From positions 95,565 through 159,564 of the forward strand of contig JAENZQ010000001.1 of assembly GCA_016841185.1 (NCBI GenBank): DNA of 64,000 nucleotides. The letters are read 5' to 3'. Below, piece by piece: positions 59,966-64,000 of this stretch; position 1 is the stretch's first letter, and each line of letters opens with the position of its first letter. This DNA is from Anaerovorax odorimutans (GTDB taxonomy: Bacteria; Bacillota; Clostridia; Peptostreptococcales; JAAYPU01). A model generated the notes under the pieces. It was not told where the DNA came from, searched no databases, and saw only the letters and a program-made list of their open reading frames with translations. Both the position numbers and the translations under genes were made by a program.

Positions 59966-60012
59966 AAAAAGAACAGTTGAATTCTCAATGTTTAAAAAGA
60001 ATTCAACTGTTT
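59964..60012 (-). terminator. Terminator of the activator gene
   Basis: AACAGTTGAATTCT/AGAATTCAACTGTT stem followed by a T7 run on the minus strand. Confidence 0.7.
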
Positions 60013-60027
60013 TTCCCAAAACAGTTA

Positions 60028-60041
60028 TGCAAAATTTTGCA
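60028..60041. promoter_or_regulatory. Probable upstream activator sequence
   Basis: Perfect palindrome TGCAAAATTTTGCA about 65 bp upstream of the -24. Confidence 0.7.
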
Positions 60042-60046
60042 GTCTA

Positions 60047-61771
60047 TCAATTTCTAAAATGCTTTTTTATAAGATAGTAAAGAGTCCTCTCAGAAATCCC
60101 CATCTTCTTTGCCGCATCAGCTCTTGTGATATTAAGAGCGAGAAATCTTTGTAGGTACTTTTTCTCCACATTATTGATAAATTCACCATAAGTCATTTTT
60201 TCAAATTCATTTTCTGTTTTTTCACATTTTGAAGCTTCCGAGTGTCGGATAACAGTAGCTTTTTCTTCGATTTTAGGAAGGTGTTTTTCTTTAAGGATAC
60301 TCTCCCGGGACTCCATATTGATCATGGCTCTTCCAATGAAATTTTCCAGTTCTCTTACATTTCCATACCACTGCATATGCATAATATTATCCACTGCATT
60401 ATCTGAAATACTTTGAACAAAACGCCCATACTCATGGTTGTATTTTCTTATAATATGATCAATCAAAAGCGGGATGTCATTTCTTCTGTACCTAAGAGGC
60501 GGAATAAAAATAGGGTATACATTCAAACGGTAATACAGATCCTCACGGAAATTATTCTCGTTGATTTTCTTTTCAAGATCCGAGTTGGTTGCTGCAATAA
60601 CCCGGACATCTACAACGATGGTTTCATTGCCTCCTACCCGAATAATTTCCTTCTCATGTAATACGCGAAGAAGCTTTGCCTGAGTTCCCATATTCATTTC
60701 TCCGATCTCATCAAGAAATATTGTACCGCCATCCGCCCTTTCGAAAAGGCCTTGCCTTCCTCCCTTTTTAGCCCCCGTAAAGGCACCTTCTACGTAACCG
60801 AATAATTCACTTTCAAGAATATTTTCCGCTAACGCCGCACAATTGATTTTAATGAAAGGCCTGTTTCTTCGGCTGCTTTCATTATGAATCGCATGGGCAA
60901 ATAATTCCTTCCCTGTCCCGCTTTCACCCCGTAAAAGGACAGTTGCAGGTGTTTTGGCAGCATTTTTAGCTTTATAAACAGCATTTTTTATCTGAATATC
61001 CTCTCCGATGATATCATCAAAGGCATATTTTGCTTCTTTCTTTCTGAGCATTTGTTTGGTTGCATCCAGTTCATATGTTAACCGCTTAATTTCAGACAAA
61101 TCATGAATGACTGCAACGCTACCTTTTAATTGTTCTTCTACAACAATAGGTGCAACATCTACAATCACTTCCTTTTGATTGGGTCCAATCTTCATCTTAG
61201 CGTTCTTAATAGATTTCCTTGTCTGCAGTACTTTTAGATGGTTACTTTCTTCATCTTCCGGGATATCCACCGTACAGGGCTGCCCGATTAATTGGCTTGC
61301 CTTCATTCCTGAAAGCTGTTCATATGCAGGATTCACCATGATTCCTATACCGTTTTCATCTACTACGGAAATAGCATCTTGTGTCGACTGAAAAATAGCC
61401 TGTAATAAGACCTGTATTTCTTTTAATTTTGTGTTTTCCGCCAGTAGCTCATCTAATTCCGTGATATCTCTGAAAACAGCAACTGCCCCAATAATATTGC
61501 CCTGTTGGTCCTTTACCGGCATCCGGTTGGTAATAATGGTAATATTGCCTAAAGGAAGCTTCCTGTTTAATTCTTCTTCCCCGGTTTCAATAATATCAGG
61601 CAGTCTGGAGTTTGGGACAATATCTATAACATGCTTTCCTAATACCTGGACATCCTCCTTATCCAATAATTTTCTTGCTGCATTATTAAAATAGGTTATG
61701 GCCCCTTCTTTATTCACAGCAATCATCGCATCATGAGTAGAATTTAATATCACTTCAAGATCCCGCCGCAT
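60047..61771 (-). CDS. PAS-PAS sigma54-dependent activator (BkdR-like)
   Basis: Two PAS domains; GESGTGKE, ESELFG, GAFTGA, LDEIG, GNVRELEN; C-terminal Fis HTH; start 61771 after GGAGG. Confidence 0.92.
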   Translation of the reverse strand: MRRDLEVILNSTHDAMIAVNKEGAITYFNNAARKLLDKEDVQVLGKHVIDIVPNSRLPDIIETGEEELNRKLPLGNITIITNRMPVKDQQGNIIGAVAVFRDITELDELLAENTKLKEIQVLLQAIFQSTQDAISVVDENGIGIMVNPAYEQLSGMKASQLIGQPCTVDIPEDEESNHLKVLQTRKSIKNAKMKIGPNQKEVIVDVAPIVVEEQLKGSVAVIHDLSEIKRLTYELDATKQMLRKKEAKYAFDDIIGEDIQIKNAVYKAKNAAKTPATVLLRGESGTGKELFAHAIHNESSRRNRPFIKINCAALAENILESELFGYVEGAFTGAKKGGRQGLFERADGGTIFLDEIGEMNMGTQAKLLRVLHEKEIIRVGGNETIVVDVRVIAATNSDLEKKINENNFREDLYYRLNVYPIFIPPLRYRRNDIPLLIDHIIRKYNHEYGRFVQSISDNAVDNIMHMQWYGNVRELENFIGRAMINMESRESILKEKHLPKIEEKATVIRHSEASKCEKTENEFEKMTYGEFINNVEKKYLQRFLALNITRADAAKKMGISERTLYYLIKKHFRN

Positions 61772-61983
61772 AAGTACCTCCCTAAAATAGAGTATGGAGT
61801 ATGGATTTAGTTCGTAATTCGTAATAGTGATTAGTTGCCTTAAGTCCGGAGTCACAGTCTGGAGTGGTTACAATTGTAAGTTTCAAACTGAAGATTTTTT
61901 TAACAAAACATTCCATAATTATTCATTGCTATTAATCTATGTCCCTTATCCCCTTTTACATTATACTACGAAATAGTAAGTTA

Positions 61984-62017
61984 TGCAAAGTTTTGCAGTT
62001 TGATGCATATTTTTGCA
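61984..62017. promoter_or_regulatory. Two further copies of the activator palindrome
   Basis: TGCAAAGTTTTGCA (61984-61997) and TGCATATTTTTGCA (62004-62017). Confidence 0.6.
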
Positions 62018-62140
62018 TGTTCAATTTCCTTTTTAATAAATTCGTTTCTTCATTTATGGATTAAATTCTTTAGCAGTGCTTATAATAATGCTATAATATT
62101 AATTAGTATGCATATTATGACAATTTGAGGTGAATATTAA

Positions 62141-62782
62141 ATGAGAATACCGGATCATATCGGGATTATTCCTGATGGAAATAGAAGATGGGCCCAATCA
62201 AAAGGTATGTCAAAGGAAAAAGGCTATTCATCCGGGCTGAAACCTGGAATTGACCTTTTTCATCTCTGTCAGGAATTTGGAGTAAGAGAATTAACTTTCT
62301 ATGGTTTTACCGTGGATAATACAAAAAGAGCAAAAGAACAAAGACTCGCTTTTACAGATGCCTGCATTGAAGCAGTAAACATGTTTTCCAAAGAAAACGC
62401 CACTTTATTAGTATTAGGAAATACTGATTCTCCCATGTTTCCTGAAGAGCTGCTTCCCTTTACTGAAAGAACCGTATTTGGAAATGGCGGCATGAAGGTC
62501 AATTTTTTAGTAAATTACGGCTGGGAATGGGATCTGAACTCTCTGAAGTTAGTCGGAGGATCCGGAAGAAGTATCGTGAATCATATAAAGTCCACTGATA
62601 TCTCAAGACTTGATTTGATTATAAGATGGGGAGGACGAAGAAGGTTAAGCGGCTTTTTACCGGTTCAGTCCATTTATGCCGACTTTTTTGTTCTTGAAGA
62701 TTATTGGCCGGATTTTAAATCGGAACACCTTTTACAAGCATTGAACTGGTACAATGAACAGGACATCACTTTAGGCGGGTAA
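62141..62782 (+). CDS. Short cis-prenyltransferase (UppS-family paralogue)
   Basis: HIGIIPDGNRRWA, NYG, DLIIRWGG..RLSGFL, WPDF. Confidence 0.85.
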   Translation: MRIPDHIGIIPDGNRRWAQSKGMSKEKGYSSGLKPGIDLFHLCQEFGVRELTFYGFTVDNTKRAKEQRLAFTDACIEAVNMFSKENATLLVLGNTDSPMFPEELLPFTERTVFGNGGMKVNFLVNYGWEWDLNSLKLVGGSGRSIVNHIKSTDISRLDLIIRWGGRRRLSGFLPVQSIYADFFVLEDYWPDFKSEHLLQALNWYNEQDITLGG

Positions 62783-62797
62783 TATCAGGAGGAATGA

Positions 62798-63706
62798 ATG
62801 AAAAAAAAACTGATTTGCTTGCTTACAACAATCACGATGGTTCTTTCTGCTGCCTGTACTACTCAACTCATTGATACAAAACCACGTATTGTTGTTTCCA
62901 TTATCCCTCAGAAGACTTTTATCAAAGCAGTTGCCGGTGACATGGTACATGTTATCACTATGATTCCACCGGGATACAGCCCTGCAAATTACCAACCGAC
63001 TCCACTGCAAATGACTGAATTCAGCAAAGCAGATTTATACTTTTCCATGGGCGTACCCTCAGAAGAAGCCAATATTCTTCCAAAAGTAACTGAATTAAAT
63101 AAAAATATAAAAATTGTTTCTTTGGCGGAGAAATCAGCCGCCGTATACCCATATCTCTACTCAACAGGAACAGATGATCATAATAATTCTGAACAAATAA
63201 CAGAAAAGCATCATCATTCAGGAAGAGATCCGCATATTTGGCTTTCTCCAAAACGTGTGATGATTATGATAAATGCCATTAAGGATGAGTTGATAAAATT
63301 AGATCCGGCCAATCGGCTGATTTATGAAAAAAATGCAGCAGATTATATATCCCGGCTAAAGTCCCTTGATAATACCATTATTAATACTTTGAACGGTATT
63401 AAGCAAAGATCTTTCATTATATATCACCCCGCATTCGGATATTTTGCAGACGATTACGGATTGAATATGGTCACTATTGAAGAAAATGGAAAAGAAACTT
63501 CTGCAAAAAGAATCCAGTCTGTCATCGATTTTGCAAAAAAAGAAAAAATCAAGGTTGTATTCTATCAGGAAGAATTTGATGGCCACCAGGCAAGTATTAT
63601 TGCAAATGAAATCAAGGGCGCAACGATTAAAGTCGCTCCCTTATCTCCGGATTACATCAATAATTTAAAGTCCATCGCCGATACTTTTAAAAAAGTAATG
63701 GAATAA
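62798..63706 (+). CDS. Zn/Mn ABC transporter substrate-binding lipoprotein (ZnuA/AdcA-like)
   Basis: SAAC lipobox, His-rich loop, DPHIWLSP, HPAFGYFA. Confidence 0.9.
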   Translation: MKKKLICLLTTITMVLSAACTTQLIDTKPRIVVSIIPQKTFIKAVAGDMVHVITMIPPGYSPANYQPTPLQMTEFSKADLYFSMGVPSEEANILPKVTELNKNIKIVSLAEKSAAVYPYLYSTGTDDHNNSEQITEKHHHSGRDPHIWLSPKRVMIMINAIKDELIKLDPANRLIYEKNAADYISRLKSLDNTIINTLNGIKQRSFIIYHPAFGYFADDYGLNMVTIEENGKETSAKRIQSVIDFAKKEKIKVVFYQEEFDGHQASIIANEIKGATIKVAPLSPDYINNLKSIADTFKKVME

Positions 63707-63722
63707 AGGGGCATGGAAAATC

Positions 63723-64000
63723 TCAGCTGATCTCATCTTTTTCAATAACGATTTCAAAATCTTCGGTTTGGGATTTTTTTTTACACAGAACTCTCTTAAG
63801 AAACTGCCCTGTGTATGAATCGTCACATTCTGTTATTTCTTCCGGTGTTCCTTTTGCTATAACAGTACCGCCTCTGTCTCCACCGTCGGGGCCCAGGTCG
63901 ATGATATAATCACTGACTTTGATTACATCAAGATTATGTTCGATGACAATAACGGTATTACCACCTTCTACTAACCGGTCCAAAACAGAAATAAGCTTAT
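63723..64000 (-). CDS. uvrA: Excinuclease ABC subunit A, C-terminal end (runs off window end)
   Basis: [30 protein letters not shown]...SYTGQFL. Confidence 0.93.
   Translation of the reverse strand, partial: KLISVLDRLVEGGNTVIVIEHNLDVIKVSDYIIDLGPDGGDRGGTVIAKGTPEEITECDDSYTGQFLKRVLCKKKSQTEDFEIVIEKDEIS

Noticed and set aside
61772-61855. 28-aa N-terminal extension of the sigma54 activator
   Set aside because: It translates the heptamer array; the RBS supports 61771.
1-64000. Prophage, defence island, rRNA or tRNA genes, T-boxes
   Set aside because: No integrase, phage, nuclease-defence, tRNA/rRNA or T-box signature recognised by eye.

Overview
AT-rich chromosomal window from an anaerobic Firmicute (Clostridia-like; inferred from gene content and sigmaA/sigma54 signals). 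It is mostly housekeeping and metabolic DNA on the minus strand, running from uvrA (3' end) through uvrC to murB-PHP-rapZ-yvcK-whiA. Interspersed loci: argGHF with ARG boxes; NfeD/SPFH; a two-component system divergent from trkH; a c-di-GMP cluster (J-domain/degenerate-GGDEF fusion with FliK-C-like and FlhB-C-like genes, divergent from an EAL-CBS-GGDEF gene); malQ-glgP; paaK-like ligase plus ACT gene; pspC-pspC-liaF-like; glgB-GH13-glgC-glgA; opuA; and a sigma54-dependent ptb-buk-vor(-ilvE) branched-chain amino acid operon. I see no rRNA, tRNA, CRISPR array, prophage or intact transposase. Best leads: (1) an unannotated, apparently leaderless Trp-Trp leader peptide ([11 protein letters not shown]) with terminator/antiterminator ahead of the aryl-acetate-CoA ligase; (2) the J-domain/I-site-only GGDEF module; (3) a ~260-nt promoter-to-terminator structured RNA ahead of opuA; (4) pervasive degenerate heptamer arrays and a recurring hairpin in intergenic DNA; (5) a 191-bp structured element bounded by 24-bp direct repeats, and a small ISL3-like remnant. 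All calls are by eye from motifs; no database search was run.
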